Part shown: one piece after another, positions 1-11,948 of the stretch | How the letters are laid out: every line of letters starts with the position of its first letter | How positions within the stretch are numbered: the first letter of the stretch is position 1 | Origin: an uncultured Actinomycetota bacterium | Lineage (GTDB): Bacteria > Actinomycetota > Actinomycetes > Propionibacteriales > Nocardioidaceae | Direction: 5' to 3' | Length of the DNA: 64,000 nt | Assembly (NCBI GenBank): GCA_963800305.1 | Contig: CAWDAO010000007.1 | Coordinates: forward strand, 28,683 to 92,682 | Notes under the pieces: generated by a model | What the model saw: only the letters and a program-made list of their open reading frames with translations | Told to the model about the DNA's origin: nothing | Database searches by the model: none | Made by a program: the position numbers and the translations under genes

Positions 1-2
1 CC

Positions 3-179
3 GCGCGAGTGTGGACCCGTGAGGCTCTCCTCCGCTCGGTCTGGGACACCGACTGGGCCACCGACACCCATCTGGTGGAGGTCCACGTCGGGAACCTGCG
101 CCGCAAGCTGTCGGCTCAGAGCGGGGAGTTCATCCGGACGGTTCGGGGGGTCGGCTATCGGATGGAGCTGACGAAGTAG
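3..179 (+). CDS. OmpR/PhoB-family response regulator, C-terminal winged-helix end (5' truncated by window)
   Basis: Frame 3 reads ARVWTREALLRSVWDTDWATDTHLVEVHVGNLRRKLS...IRTVRGVGYRMELTK*, the typical Trans_reg_C motif. Confidence 0.88.
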   Translation, partial: ARVWTREALLRSVWDTDWATDTHLVEVHVGNLRRKLSAQSGEFIRTVRGVGYRMELTK

Positions 180-645
180 CCTCCGGCTCGGCGTCACCCA
201 GGAACGCACCCAGCTGATCGTTGAGGCGGATGCTGGCCCGCGTCAGCAACGAGGCGGCGGCTCGAGCGGCCGGCAGATCCTGCTCGCGCAGCGCCGCCTG
301 GATCCGCGTCGCCAGCTCGCCGGCCTCGCCGGCGCCGACGATGCTCGAGGATGCCTTGAGGCTCAAGGTGGCGTCCATGGCCCCATCGAGGTCGCCCCTG
401 GTGAGGGCCTCAACGATGCGATGCACCCGCTGGGGCAGGATCCGGCGATACCGCAGGACGAACTCGTAGACCGCCTCGGGGCTCTCGGTCTCCTCGGTCA
501 GCCGCTGTAGGTCGCGCGGGTCCAGGACGGTCACGGGCGCACCTGCGTTCGGGCCGACCCGGGGTCCAATCGGACGAGGGTGGGAGCAGACATCAGCGGT
601 GCCTTCCGTGACTTGAAGTGCCCGTACAACCTGAGTACCGGACAC
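130..645 (-). CDS. Hpt-like (histidine phosphotransfer fold) protein lacking the canonical His; true start possibly ~534
   Basis: VLDPRDLQRL...GDLDGAMDATLSLKASSSIVGAGEAGELATRIQ matches the Hpt pattern AHxLKGSS.xxGA, but with Leu at the His position. Confidence 0.7.
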   Translation of the reverse strand: MSGTQVVRALQVTEGTADVCSHPRPIGPRVGPNAGAPVTVLDPRDLQRLTEETESPEAVYEFVLRYRRILPQRVHRIVEALTRGDLDGAMDATLSLKASSSIVGAGEAGELATRIQAALREQDLPAARAAASLLTRASIRLNDQLGAFLGDAEPEATSSAPSDSRPPEPSG

Positions 646-747
646 GACAACTCTGACGCAACCACCCCACGCAGACCAAGCGAAGAACCCAGAGGTTTCC
701 TCAATTAACGCGCAAGACCCTCTCGAGCACCTGGAGGGCCACCATCC

Positions 748-3723
748 TCACCCCCAGAAGACCCGCTCGACCACCCGGTGGGACACGCGCATGGTGCGCA
801 GGAAGTCGTTGACCATGGCGTCGATCCGGTCTGGCGCATAGCCCAGCATGTCGGCGACCGCGGCCCGCTCACGAGGCTCACCAGGCAGGGTGCCGGCTGG
901 TTTCCCCCGGGCCAAGGTGATCGCGTTGCGAACCCGGCTGACCGTCCGCCAGCCCTGCGTCAGGGCCTCAGCGTCGGTGGTCGAGACCAGGCCGGCTTCC
1001 TCGGCCGCCGCCAGAGCAGGCAGGGTGCGCGGGGTCCGCAGCCCCGGCACCCGACCGGCGTGCCTCATCTGCAACAGCTGGACGGTCCACTCGATGTCGG
1101 CCAGGCCGCCGTTGCCCAGCTTCAGGTGGCTCTGCCGGTCGGCCCCTCGCGGTAGGCGTTCTTGCTCGACCCGGGCCTTGATCCGCTTGACCTCGAGCAC
1201 ATCCTCATCGTCCAGCCCGGCCTCGGGATAGCGCAGCGGATCGATCAGCTCGGTGAACCGCTCTCGAAGACCGACATCCCCCACCACGGCGTCGGCGCGC
1301 AGCAGAGCCTGAGCCTCCCAAACCCGCGACCACTTCGCGTAGTAGGCCGCGTAGGAGTCAATGGAGCGCACCAGCGGACCCTGCTTGCCCTCCGGGCGCA
1401 GGTCGGCGTCCACCTCGAGAGCGGGATCGTCGCCCGGCGTGATCAGAGTCTGGCGCAGCCCGAGGGCGACCGCCTGCGCGAACGACGCGGCCTCGGAGGC
1501 GTCGGCCCCGGGCAGGGGGTCGTGCACGAAGAGCACGTCCGCGTCGCTGCCGTAGGAGAGCTCGAAACCGCCGTAGCTCCCCATGGCGACGATGGCCAGG
1601 CGCGTGGGGGCCGAGTCGAGGCCTCGCTCCTGGATCACGTGAGCGACAACCATCTGCAGTGTGGCCTCCAGTGTGGCGTCGGTCAGCCCGGTGAGGCCGG
1701 CCCCCACCTCGGCGATGTCGACCAGACCCAGGATCTCGCCCGCCGCCAGGCGGAGGAGCTCACGGCGGCGAACCCCCCGCAGGGATCGCACCGCCTTGTC
1801 CAGGGTGTCTTGGCGTCGCGCAGCCGCGAGCATCTCCTCGGTCACCGCCGGAGTGGAGAGCGGCGTGAGCGCTCCGGCCAAGAGCTGCACTCCCTGGGGT
1901 TCCCGCTCCAGCAGGGACGTCGTGTAGCGCGAGGTCGAGAGGAGGTGCGCAAGGCGTTCGGCTACCGGGCCTTCGTCGCGCAGAGTCTTCAGGTACCACG
2001 GCGTACGACCCAGGGCCTCGCTGATCCGGCGGAACCCGAAGAGCCCGGCGTCGGGGTCGGCCCCCTGGGCGAACCACTCGAGCATGGCGGGCAGCAGGGC
2101 CCGCTGGACGGTGGAGGTCCGGGAGACCCCGGTGGTCAGGGCCTCCAGATGGCGCAGGGCGGCGGCGGGATCGGCGTAGCCCAGCGCGGCCAGGCGGTCC
2201 CTCGCGGCCTCAGAGGTCAGCCGGGCCTCCGGACCGGGGATCTTGGCCACCGCGGTCAGCAGCGGACGGTAGAACAGCTTCACGTGCAGCCGGCGCACCT
2301 CACGTCGGTGGTGTTCCCAGACCTTCTCGAGCGTGCCGACCGGGTCCTTCAGGAAGCCGAGACTTCGACCCAGGCGCCGCCTCGCGTCCTCGTCGTCGGG
2401 CACGATGTGGGTACGACGGAGCCGGTACAGCTGGATGCGGTGCTCCATGGACCGCAGGAAGGCGTAGGCCTGGTGTAGGGCCTCACCGTCCTCCCGTCCC
2501 ACGTAGCCGGCGCGGGTGAGCTCGGCCAAGGCGCTCAGCGTGGTGGCCGGACGGATCCGTACGTCGGCGCGTCCGTGCACCAGCTGCAGGAGCTGCACGG
2601 CGAACTCGACGTCGCGTAGACCCCCCCAGCCCAACTTGAGCTGTCGGTCCGCCTCGGCTGCGGGGAGGTGCTCCACGACGCGACGGCGCATCACCTGCGC
2701 ATCTGTGACGAACCCCTCGCGCTCCGCGGCGGTCCAGATCATCGGCGAGACCATCTCGATGTACGCCGCCCCCAGCGGCTGGTCCCCGGCCACCGGCCGC
2801 GCCTTGAGCAGGGCTTGGAACTCCCAGGTCTTCGCCCAGCGCTCGTAGTAGCCCCGGTGGCTGGCCAGGGTCCGGGTCAGCGGGCCCGACTTCCCCTCGG
2901 GTCGTAGGGCCGCGTCGACCGGCCAGATCGTGCCCTCGCCGGTGTGGTCGGAACACACCCGGATCAGGTGTCCGGCGAGCTGGGTGGCGACCCGGTTGGC
3001 CGTCTGCTCCTCGACCCCCTTCGGCGCCTCGTGGACGAAGATCACGTCGACGTCCGAGACGTAGTTCAGCTCGTGGCCGCCGCACTTGCCCATCGCGATC
3101 ACCGCCAGCCGGGTCTCACCCGCGCGCTCCCCCACCCGCTGCCGGGCCACCGCCAGGGCGGCCTCGAGCGTGCCGTCGGCCAGCTCGGCGAGCTCGGCGG
3201 CCACGTCCGCGACGGCCATGTCGTGCGCCAGGTCCCGTGCGGCCAGACGGAGGAGGAGTCGGCGGTACTCGACCCTCAGCGCGTCCAGGCAGTCCGCATC
3301 GGGCCGGGTCGCCGTCGGCTGCGAGGCCTGGGGATCGGCGCCGACACAGTGCAGGAGGTCGGCCCGGACGGCGTACGCCGCCGGGCGGGTGGAGCCCAAC
3401 GCCGGGTCGGTGAGCTCGCGCCAATGCTCGGGATGGCGCTCCAGATGGTCGCCGAGGGCCGCACTGGCGCCCAGGACCATGAGCAGCCGCATGGCGGTGC
3501 CTTCGTCCCGGTCCAGTGCGTCGAGCAGCTCCTGTGGATCGGACGTCGCCTCCAGGAGCCGGATCAGAGCGGACAGGGCCCCGTCAGGGTCCGCGGTGCT
3601 GCCCAGCACGTGCGCGAGCGCCTGCGCGCCCTCGCCCAGCCGCGGCAGCATCCCCAGCGCGGCATCCCCGTCGAGGAATCCCAGACGCAGGAGGGTGGCC
3701 TTGCTGCTGATCGAGCGGCTCAT
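748..3723 (-). CDS. glnE: Bifunctional glutamine synthetase adenylyltransferase/adenylyl-removing enzyme
   Basis: Two nucleotidyltransferase halves (MGKCGGHELNYVSDVD; MGSYGGFELSYGSDAD; LKLGxGGLxDxE); start MSRSISSK at 3723; next to glnA. Confidence 0.96.
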   Translation of the reverse strand: MSRSISSKATLLRLGFLDGDAALGMLPRLGEGAQALAHVLGSTADPDGALSALIRLLEATSDPQELLDALDRDEGTAMRLLMVLGASAALGDHLERHPEHWRELTDPALGSTRPAAYAVRADLLHCVGADPQASQPTATRPDADCLDALRVEYRRLLLRLAARDLAHDMAVADVAAELAELADGTLEAALAVARQRVGERAGETRLAVIAMGKCGGHELNYVSDVDVIFVHEAPKGVEEQTANRVATQLAGHLIRVCSDHTGEGTIWPVDAALRPEGKSGPLTRTLASHRGYYERWAKTWEFQALLKARPVAGDQPLGAAYIEMVSPMIWTAAEREGFVTDAQVMRRRVVEHLPAAEADRQLKLGWGGLRDVEFAVQLLQLVHGRADVRIRPATTLSALAELTRAGYVGREDGEALHQAYAFLRSMEHRIQLYRLRRTHIVPDDEDARRRLGRSLGFLKDPVGTLEKVWEHHRREVRRLHVKLFYRPLLTAVAKIPGPEARLTSEAARDRLAALGYADPAAALRHLEALTTGVSRTSTVQRALLPAMLEWFAQGADPDAGLFGFRRISEALGRTPWYLKTLRDEGPVAERLAHLLSTSRYTTSLLEREPQGVQLLAGALTPLSTPAVTEEMLAAARRQDTLDKAVRSLRGVRRRELLRLAAGEILGLVDIAEVGAGLTGLTDATLEATLQMVVAHVIQERGLDSAPTRLAIVAMGSYGGFELSYGSDADVLFVHDPLPGADASEAASFAQAVALGLRQTLITPGDDPALEVDADLRPEGKQGPLVRSIDSYAAYYAKWSRVWEAQALLRADAVVGDVGLRERFTELIDPLRYPEAGLDDEDVLEVKRIKARVEQERLPRGADRQSHLKLGNGGLADIEWTVQLLQMRHAGRVPGLRTPRTLPALAAAEEAGLVSTTDAEALTQGWRTVSRVRNAITLARGKPAGTLPGEPRERAAVADMLGYAPDRIDAMVNDFLRTMRVSHRVVERVFWG

Positions 3724-4100
3724 GGCTCGTCCGATCCCAGCGACAGAACGATGACGAACAGCCCCAGGATGGCCCAGACGAAGCCGAAGACGACCGCGGC
3801 GGCTGGAAAAGCGGCCAGGACCGCGAGGACCCCGCAGGCGGTCGACGCGCGGCGCACCGCTGGCGTCCGACGTGGGAGCACGACCCAAGTGCCACCGGCG
3901 GCCAGGAGGAGCAGCAACGCGGTGGCCGCCAACGAGAGGGCGAAGGGCCTGGTTTCGGACTGGTCGGTCCCCGAGGTCAAGAGGTGGAGCGCGAGCACGG
4001 TGGCCAGCAGCCCGGTGGCGGCGAGGACCCCGAGCAAGATGCGAAGTCGGCGTACCCGATCCTCGCTGAAGACCGGATCGGTCGCGGTGCGGGTGGACAC
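3720..4100 (-). CDS. Small integral membrane protein
   Basis: 126 aa with several hydrophobic helices; fills the glnA-glnE gap with a 4-nt overlap on glnE. Confidence 0.7.
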   Translation of the reverse strand: MSTRTATDPVFSEDRVRRLRILLGVLAATGLLATVLALHLLTSGTDQSETRPFALSLAATALLLLLAAGGTWVVLPRRTPAVRRASTACGVLAVLAAFPAAAVVFGFVWAILGLFVIVLSLGSDEP

Positions 4101-4106
4101 GACCCC

Positions 4107-5444
4107 TCAGACGATGGGAAGCATCATGTCGCGCTCGTAGGTCGACACTTGGCCGCGGTACTCGTCCCACTCGGCGCGCTTGTTGCGCAGGAAGAAGTCG
4201 AAGACCTGCTCACCCAGGGTCTCGGCGAGGAGCTCGGAGCTCTCGGCGATGGCGATGGCGTCGTGCAGGCTCTTGGGCAGGGGCTCGATCCCCAGGCTCT
4301 TGCGCTCGCGCTCGCTGAGCGACCAGACGTCGTCCTCGGCCTCGCGGGGCAGTTCGTAGTCCTCCTCGATGCCCTTCATCCCGGCCGCCAGCACCACCGC
4401 GAACGCGAGGTAGGGGTTGCAGGCGGCGTCGATGCTGCGCACCTCCACCCGCGTAGAGGCACCCTTGGCGGGCTTGTACATCGGCACCCGCACCATCGCC
4501 GAGCGGTTGTTGTGGCCCCAGCAGATGTAGGAGGGAGCCTCGCTGCCGAACATCATGCGCTTGTAGGAGTTGACCCACTGGTTGGTCACCACGCTCAGCT
4601 CGGGCGCGTGGCGCAGTACCCCGGCGATGAAGCGTCGGCCGGTCGAGGAGAGGTGGTACTCCGCGCCCGCTTCGTAGAAGGCGTTCTGATCGCCCTCGAA
4701 CAGGCTCACGTGGGTGTGCATCCCCGAGCCGGGATGGGTGGTGAACGGCTTGGGCATGAAGCTGGCCCAGATGTCCTGGTTCAGCGCCACCTCGCGGATC
4801 ACCGTGCGAAAGGTCATGACGTTGTCGGCCGTGGTCAGCGCGTCGGCGTAGCGCAGATCGATCTCCTGCTGTCCCGGGCCGGCCTCGTGATGACTGAACT
4901 CCACCGAGATGCCCATCGACTCCAGCATGGTGATCGCGTCGCGACGGAAGTCGGCGCCCTTGGACTGGGCGGTGTGGTCGAAGTAGCCGCTGCGGTCCAC
5001 CGGGACCGGGTCCGCCCCGGCGACCGGCACGTTCTTGAACAGGTAGAACTCGATCTCGGGGTGGGTGTAGAAGGTGAAGCCCTGGTCCGCCGCGTGGCTC
5101 AGCGTCCGCTTCAGCACGTTGCGCGGGTCGGCCCACGAGGGCGACCCGTCGGGCATCACGATGTCGCAGAACATCCGGGCCGTCGCCGGACCCTCCGCAC
5201 GCCACGGCAGGATCTGGAACGACGCCGGGTCCGGCTTGGCCAGCATGTCGGCCTCGTACACGCGGGCGAACCCCTCGATGGCGGACCCGTCGAACCCGAT
5301 GCCCTCGTCGAAGGCGCCCTCGAGCTCGGCCGGGGCCACGGCCACCGACTTCAGCGAGCCGAGCACGTCGGTGAACCACAACCGGACGAACCGCACGTCG
5401 CGCTCCTCGAGCGCCCGGAGGACGAAGTCTTCCTGCTTACCCAT
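4107..5444 (-). CDS. glnA: Glutamine synthetase type I (GlnA2-like)
   Basis: MGKQEDFVLRALEERDVRFVRLWFTD, FDGSAIEG, HHEAGPGQQEI, FMPKP, GSGMHTH. Confidence 0.96.
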   Translation of the reverse strand: MGKQEDFVLRALEERDVRFVRLWFTDVLGSLKSVAVAPAELEGAFDEGIGFDGSAIEGFARVYEADMLAKPDPASFQILPWRAEGPATARMFCDIVMPDGSPSWADPRNVLKRTLSHAADQGFTFYTHPEIEFYLFKNVPVAGADPVPVDRSGYFDHTAQSKGADFRRDAITMLESMGISVEFSHHEAGPGQQEIDLRYADALTTADNVMTFRTVIREVALNQDIWASFMPKPFTTHPGSGMHTHVSLFEGDQNAFYEAGAEYHLSSTGRRFIAGVLRHAPELSVVTNQWVNSYKRMMFGSEAPSYICWGHNNRSAMVRVPMYKPAKGASTRVEVRSIDAACNPYLAFAVVLAAGMKGIEEDYELPREAEDDVWSLSERERKSLGIEPLPKSLHDAIAIAESSELLAETLGEQVFDFFLRNKRAEWDEYRGQVSTYERDMMLPIV

Positions 5445-5475
5445 GTCCTCAGACTAGGGGTGCCGGGGCCGAGGC

Positions 5476-7536
<2,061 letters not shown>

Positions 7537-7585
7537 CCGATCAGTGTCTCAGAGGGCGGCGGGCTGCTCTCCCGGTCATCAACGT

Positions 7586-7620
7586 GGTGGATTCGTCGCA
7601 CCTGGTACGACAAATCCACC
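7586..7620. repeat. 17-bp imperfect inverted repeat between divergent nadE and panB
   Basis: ggtggattcgtcgcacc-t-ggtacgacaaatccacc, 15/17 complementary. Confidence 0.75.
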
Positions 7621-7659
7621 GCGATCCGGCGTGATGCCGTGGTCGGTTAGCGTGAGTCC

Positions 7660-8514
7660 ATGAGCGAAGAGTCCGCCCCGTACGGCACCGGCCCGGCCGC
7701 GACGACGTCGGCGCGCCCCGCCAAGCGGATCCGGACCCACCACCTGCGCGAGATGAAGGAGCGCGGGGAGCGCTTCTCGATGCTCACCGCCTATGAGCAG
7801 TACGCCGCCGCGACCTTCGATGAGGCCGGGATCGAGGTGCTGCTCGTCGGCGACAGCGCGTCGAACAACGTCTACGGCAACGAGACCTCCCTTCCGGTGA
7901 CCGTCGAGGAGCTGCTCCCCCTGACCCGGGCCGTCAGCCGTTCGGTGCGCCGCTCGCTGGTCGTCGGCGACCTGCCCTTCGGCACCTACCAGGCCTCGCC
8001 TGAGCAGGCCTACCTGACCGCGGCCCGCTTCATGAAGGAGGGCGGCGCCCACTGCGTGAAGTTGGAGGGCGGGGTGGAGATGACGGGCCAGATCGAGAAG
8101 CTCACGCGTGGCGGGATCCCGGTGATGGCCCACATCGGCTTCACCCCGCAATCCGAGCACGCTCTGGGCGGCTACCGGGTCCAGGGCCGCGGCGACAGCG
8201 CGGACCGGATCCTGGACGACGCCCGCGCGGTGCAGGAGGCCGGGGCGTTCGCGGTGGTGATGGAGATGGTGCCCGGCGAGACCGCGGCCGCCGTCACCGC
8301 CGAGCTGACCATCCCCACCATCGGCATCGGCGCCGGCCATGGGTGCGACGGACAGGTGCTGGTCTGGCAGGACGCGTTCGGTCTGCGGACCGGCCGGATG
8401 GCCCGCTTCGTCAAGCAGTACGCCGACCTGCACGGCGTACTCCTCCAAGCTGCGAAGGACTTCGACGCCGACGTCAAGGCCGGCACCTTCCCCGGGCCGG
8501 AGCACACGTTCTGA
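7660..8514 (+). CDS. panB: 3-methyl-2-oxobutanoate hydroxymethyltransferase
   Basis: [38 protein letters not shown]. Confidence 0.96.
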   Translation: MSEESAPYGTGPAATTSARPAKRIRTHHLREMKERGERFSMLTAYEQYAAATFDEAGIEVLLVGDSASNNVYGNETSLPVTVEELLPLTRAVSRSVRRSLVVGDLPFGTYQASPEQAYLTAARFMKEGGAHCVKLEGGVEMTGQIEKLTRGGIPVMAHIGFTPQSEHALGGYRVQGRGDSADRILDDARAVQEAGAFAVVMEMVPGETAAAVTAELTIPTIGIGAGHGCDGQVLVWQDAFGLRTGRMARFVKQYADLHGVLLQAAKDFDADVKAGTFPGPEHTF

Positions 8515-8548
8515 CCCGTGCCGGCATCGCGCGGGTTACGGTCGGCTC

Positions 8549-9757
8549 ATGCCGCATCTGCGCTCCCTCGCCGCCGGGGTGGTCCTCGGTCTCGCCCTCC
8601 CGGCTCTGCCCGCTGCCGCTCTCACGCCCGCGCCGCCGAACTCGCACATCGGGGCGCCCTCGGTGGTGCCCGAGCGACCGGACGCCGCCCCCAACGCGGC
8701 TCGCAAGCGGATGCCGAAGCTTGTCGTGCGCAAGCGGGTGCGGGGACTGAGCAACCCGTGGGACGTGAAGACGATCGGCGGAGGACGCCTCCTCGTGACC
8801 GAGCGTGACTCGGCCAGGCTGCTGATCGTCGGCAAGGGCGGCAAGCGCCGGGTCCGCTTCCCCTCGCGCAAGGTCTGGGTCTCCGGTGAGACCGGCCTGA
8901 TGTCGCTCGAGGTCGACCCCGGCTTCGAGCGCAACCGCCGCATCTACACCTGCCAGGGCTGGCGCACCGGGGCGAGGCACGACATCCGGGTCGTGGCCTG
9001 GCGGTTGAGCAAGTCCGGCGGCAAGGCCAAACGCCTACGCACCCTGGTCCGGGGTCTGCCCACCACCAGCGGCCGGCACGGCGGATGTCGCCTGCTCATC
9101 GCCAAGGACGGGTCGATGCTCGTGGGCACCGGAGACGCCGCGCAGGGCAAGAACCCCCGCAACCTGCGGTCCCTGGGGGGCAAGACCCTGCGGCTCAACC
9201 GCTTCAGCGGCGCCCCGTGGCGCACCAACCCCTTCTACGGCGGCTCGGGCAACCGGCGCTACGTGCTCACCTACGGACACCGCAACGTGCAGGGGCTGGC
9301 CCAGCGCCAGGACGGCACGCTGTGGTCGGTCGAGCATGGGCCGGACCGCGACGACGAGGTCAACCGGCTGATCGCCGGCGGCGACTACGGCTGGCAGCCG
9401 ACGCCCGGCTACAACGAGTCGGTGCCGATGACCGACTTCAAGCTCCCCGGCAGACAGCGGGCCGCCAAGTGGCGCTCAGGCAGGCCGACCCTGGCCACCT
9501 CGGGGGCCCTGTGGGTCACCGGCAGGAAGTGGGGCGCCCTGGACGGGACCCTCGCGGTCGCGGCGCTGAAGACCCAGAAGGTGCTGTTCATGTCGTTCAG
9601 CAAGTCCGGCAAGCTCCAGCGAGTCCGAGTCCCCCGGGAGCTACGGCGCTACGGTCGGCTGCGTTCGATCTCCCGCGCCGGCAACGGGGACCTGCTGATC
9701 ACCACCGACACCGACAACCGCGGCGGCGCGGTGCTGCGGGTCCGTCCCCGCCGCTGA
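8549..9757 (+). CDS. Secreted PQQ-dependent sugar dehydrogenase (GSDH beta-propeller), very basic
   Basis: Signal peptide; PWD...LLVTER, HGGCRL, GKTLRLN, YGHRNVQGLA, EHGP..DDEVN. Confidence 0.85.
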   Translation: MPHLRSLAAGVVLGLALPALPAAALTPAPPNSHIGAPSVVPERPDAAPNAARKRMPKLVVRKRVRGLSNPWDVKTIGGGRLLVTERDSARLLIVGKGGKRRVRFPSRKVWVSGETGLMSLEVDPGFERNRRIYTCQGWRTGARHDIRVVAWRLSKSGGKAKRLRTLVRGLPTTSGRHGGCRLLIAKDGSMLVGTGDAAQGKNPRNLRSLGGKTLRLNRFSGAPWRTNPFYGGSGNRRYVLTYGHRNVQGLAQRQDGTLWSVEHGPDRDDEVNRLIAGGDYGWQPTPGYNESVPMTDFKLPGRQRAAKWRSGRPTLATSGALWVTGRKWGALDGTLAVAALKTQKVLFMSFSKSGKLQRVRVPRELRRYGRLRSISRAGNGDLLITTDTDNRGGAVLRVRPRR

Positions 9758-9770
9758 CCCCGCGCACGAC

Positions 9771-10106
9771 TCAACCCTTGGTCGCCGGATCGGGGACCTT
9801 CCCTGCCGTCCCCGGGTCCCAGGTGGGCTGCCAGTCGAACGCGTAGGCGCCGCCGACCAACACGACCAGCCACAGGACCAAGGCGGCGAGAGGGGTCCAG
9901 ATCAAACGATTCGGGTGGGTGCTCCACCATCCGACGCACCGAACCATGAGCACTACCCAGACGACCAGCAGCGCCGCCAGGACATACCACGGGACGATGA
10001 CGACGGCGTAGGCGTAGCAAAAGAGGGTCATCGCCATCAGCCCCATCCCCACGAACGGGACCGGCGAGACCGCTCTGGCGGGCTTGACCCGGCGACGTCG
10101 AGCCAT
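9771..10106 (-). CDS. Small membrane protein
   Basis: MARRRRVKP... followed by three hydrophobic segments; directly downstream of the 61-aa gene. Confidence 0.65.
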   Translation of the reverse strand: MARRRRVKPARAVSPVPFVGMGLMAMTLFCYAYAVVIVPWYVLAALLVVWVVLMVRCVGWWSTHPNRLIWTPLAALVLWLVVLVGGAYAFDWQPTWDPGTAGKVPDPATKG

Positions 10107-10111
10107 CGGGC

Positions 10112-10297
10112 TCAGTCCTCGACGACCTCGTCGTTCCAGCGCGGGTCGTGCTCCCAGTCCTCGGTCCGCTCCGCGGCCCGCTCCAGCGCCCGGCTCGCCT
10201 CGGCCTCGGTGTCGTAGGGCCCGAGCCGGTCCTTGTTGGGGCAACCGTCGTGACCTTCGACCCGGGAGTGGGTGATGCAGTACCAGTACTCCGCCAT
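10112..10297 (-). CDS. Small conserved-type actinobacterial protein with Cys/His motif
   Basis: YWYCITHSRVE...CPNKDRLGPY; TAGTTT -10 box 6 nt before the ATG. Confidence 0.8.
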   Translation of the reverse strand: MAEYWYCITHSRVEGHDGCPNKDRLGPYDTEAEASRALERAAERTEDWEHDPRWNDEVVED

Positions 10298-10337
10298 GTC
10301 GTGAAACTACACGGCGCCGAGTCGTTAGGGTCGACCC

Positions 10338-11948
10338 ATGAGCGCGATGTTCGAGGGCTATCGATCCGGCGGGTCGGCGTACGACGAGATGTTCGACGGT
10401 GAGGACCTGCGCTCGCCGTACCGCCGGCTGCGCAGCTCCCTGCAGGAGATGACCACCCCCGACCTGGTCGGTCGGGTCGAGGCCTTGCAGTCCAGCTATC
10501 TCGACCAGGGGATCACCTTCGACATCGGGGGTGAGGAGCGTGCGTTCCCACTCGACATCCTGCCCCGGGTGATCGAGATGGACACCTGGTCGACGATGGA
10601 GCGCGGGGTCCAGCAGCGGGTCAAGGTGCTGGAGATGTTCCTCGAGGACGTCTACGGCGCCGGGGAGATCTTCGACGACGGCGTCATCCCCCGGCGGGTG
10701 ATCACGACCTCCTCGCACTACCACCGCGAGGCCGCCGGCGTACGTCCGGCCAACGGGGTCCGCGTCCATGTCTCGGGCATCGACCTGATCCGCGACAACG
10801 CCGGCGAGTTCCGGGTGCTCGAGGACAACGTGCGCGTGCCGTCGGGGGTCTCCTACGTGATGACCAACCGGCGCGCCATCTCCGCGGCCCTGCCGGAGAC
10901 GATCGCCGAGCACCGCATCCGGCCGGTCGCCGGCTACCCGCAGCGGCTGCTGGCCGCCCTGCGCGCCGCCGCCCCGGCCGGTGTCACGGATCCGACCGTC
11001 GTCGTGCTGACCCCGGGCGTCTACAACGGCGCCTACTTCGAGCACGCCCTGCTGGCCCGCACCATGGGTGTAGAGCTGGTCGAGGGGCGGGACCTGGAGT
11101 GCCGCCAAGGCCGGGTGCGTATGCGCACCACCCAGGGTCTGGCGCCGGTGCACGTCATCTACCGACGCATCGACGACGAGTTCATCGACCCGGTGCACTT
11201 CCGGGCGGACTCGATGCTCGGGTGCCCAGGCCTGATCGACGCCGCGCGAGCCGGCAACGTCACCCTGGCCAACGCGGTCGGCAACGGGGTGGCCGACGAC
11301 AAGCTGGTCTACACCTATCTGCCCGACATCATCCGCTACTACCTCGGCGAGGACCCGATCCTGAACAACGTCGACACGTGGCGGGTCGGCGACGCCGACG
11401 CCCGCGAGGAGGTCCTGGACCGGCTCGACGAGCTCGTGCTCAAGCCCGTCGACGGCTCCGGCGGCAAGGGCATCGTGATCGGTCCCCGCGCCGACCGCGC
11501 CGAGCTCGACCAGCTGAGAGCGAAGATCCTCGAGGACCCCCGTTCCTGGATCGCCCAGCCGGTGGTCCAGCTCTCCACCGTGCCGACCTTCGTGGACGGC
11601 ACGCTCGGTCCCCGCCACGTGGACCTGCGCCCGTTCGCGGTCAACGACGGCAACCGGGTGTGGGTCCTGCCCGGCGGGTTGACCCGGGTTGCGTTGGCCG
11701 AGGGCGAGCTGATCGTCAACAGCTCCCGGGGTGGCGGGTCGAAGGACACCTGGGTCCTGGCCGGGCCCTCCGTCGTACCCGAGCCGGAGCCGGAGCCGGA
11801 CTTCGAGACCGAACCCGCCCACGAGCACCCACCGGACCCCACCCCGACCGGTCCGGTGCTGGCCGCGGGCCCGGTGTTGAGCGAGCTGACCACCCAGGCC
11901 GAGCAGCAGCAGCAGGGCCTGGCCCGGGAGGAGGGCACGACGTGCTGA
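10338..11948 (+). CDS. Circularly permuted type 2 ATP-grasp protein
   Basis: YDEMF, PLDILPRVI, VLEDNVRVPSGVSY, NAVGNGVADDK, KPVDGSGGKG, RHVDLRPF, NSSRGGGSKDTW. Confidence 0.93.
   Translation: MSAMFEGYRSGGSAYDEMFDGEDLRSPYRRLRSSLQEMTTPDLVGRVEALQSSYLDQGITFDIGGEERAFPLDILPRVIEMDTWSTMERGVQQRVKVLEMFLEDVYGAGEIFDDGVIPRRVITTSSHYHREAAGVRPANGVRVHVSGIDLIRDNAGEFRVLEDNVRVPSGVSYVMTNRRAISAALPETIAEHRIRPVAGYPQRLLAALRAAAPAGVTDPTVVVLTPGVYNGAYFEHALLARTMGVELVEGRDLECRQGRVRMRTTQGLAPVHVIYRRIDDEFIDPVHFRADSMLGCPGLIDAARAGNVTLANAVGNGVADDKLVYTYLPDIIRYYLGEDPILNNVDTWRVGDADAREEVLDRLDELVLKPVDGSGGKGIVIGPRADRAELDQLRAKILEDPRSWIAQPVVQLSTVPTFVDGTLGPRHVDLRPFAVNDGNRVWVLPGGLTRVALAEGELIVNSSRGGGSKDTWVLAGPSVVPEPEPEPDFETEPAHEHPPDPTPTGPVLAAGPVLSELTTQAEQQQQGLAREEGTTC

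Noticed and set aside
676-720. Weak 11-bp periodic repeats upstream of the Hpt-like gene
   Set aside because: Too little identity between units to call an OmpR-type operator.
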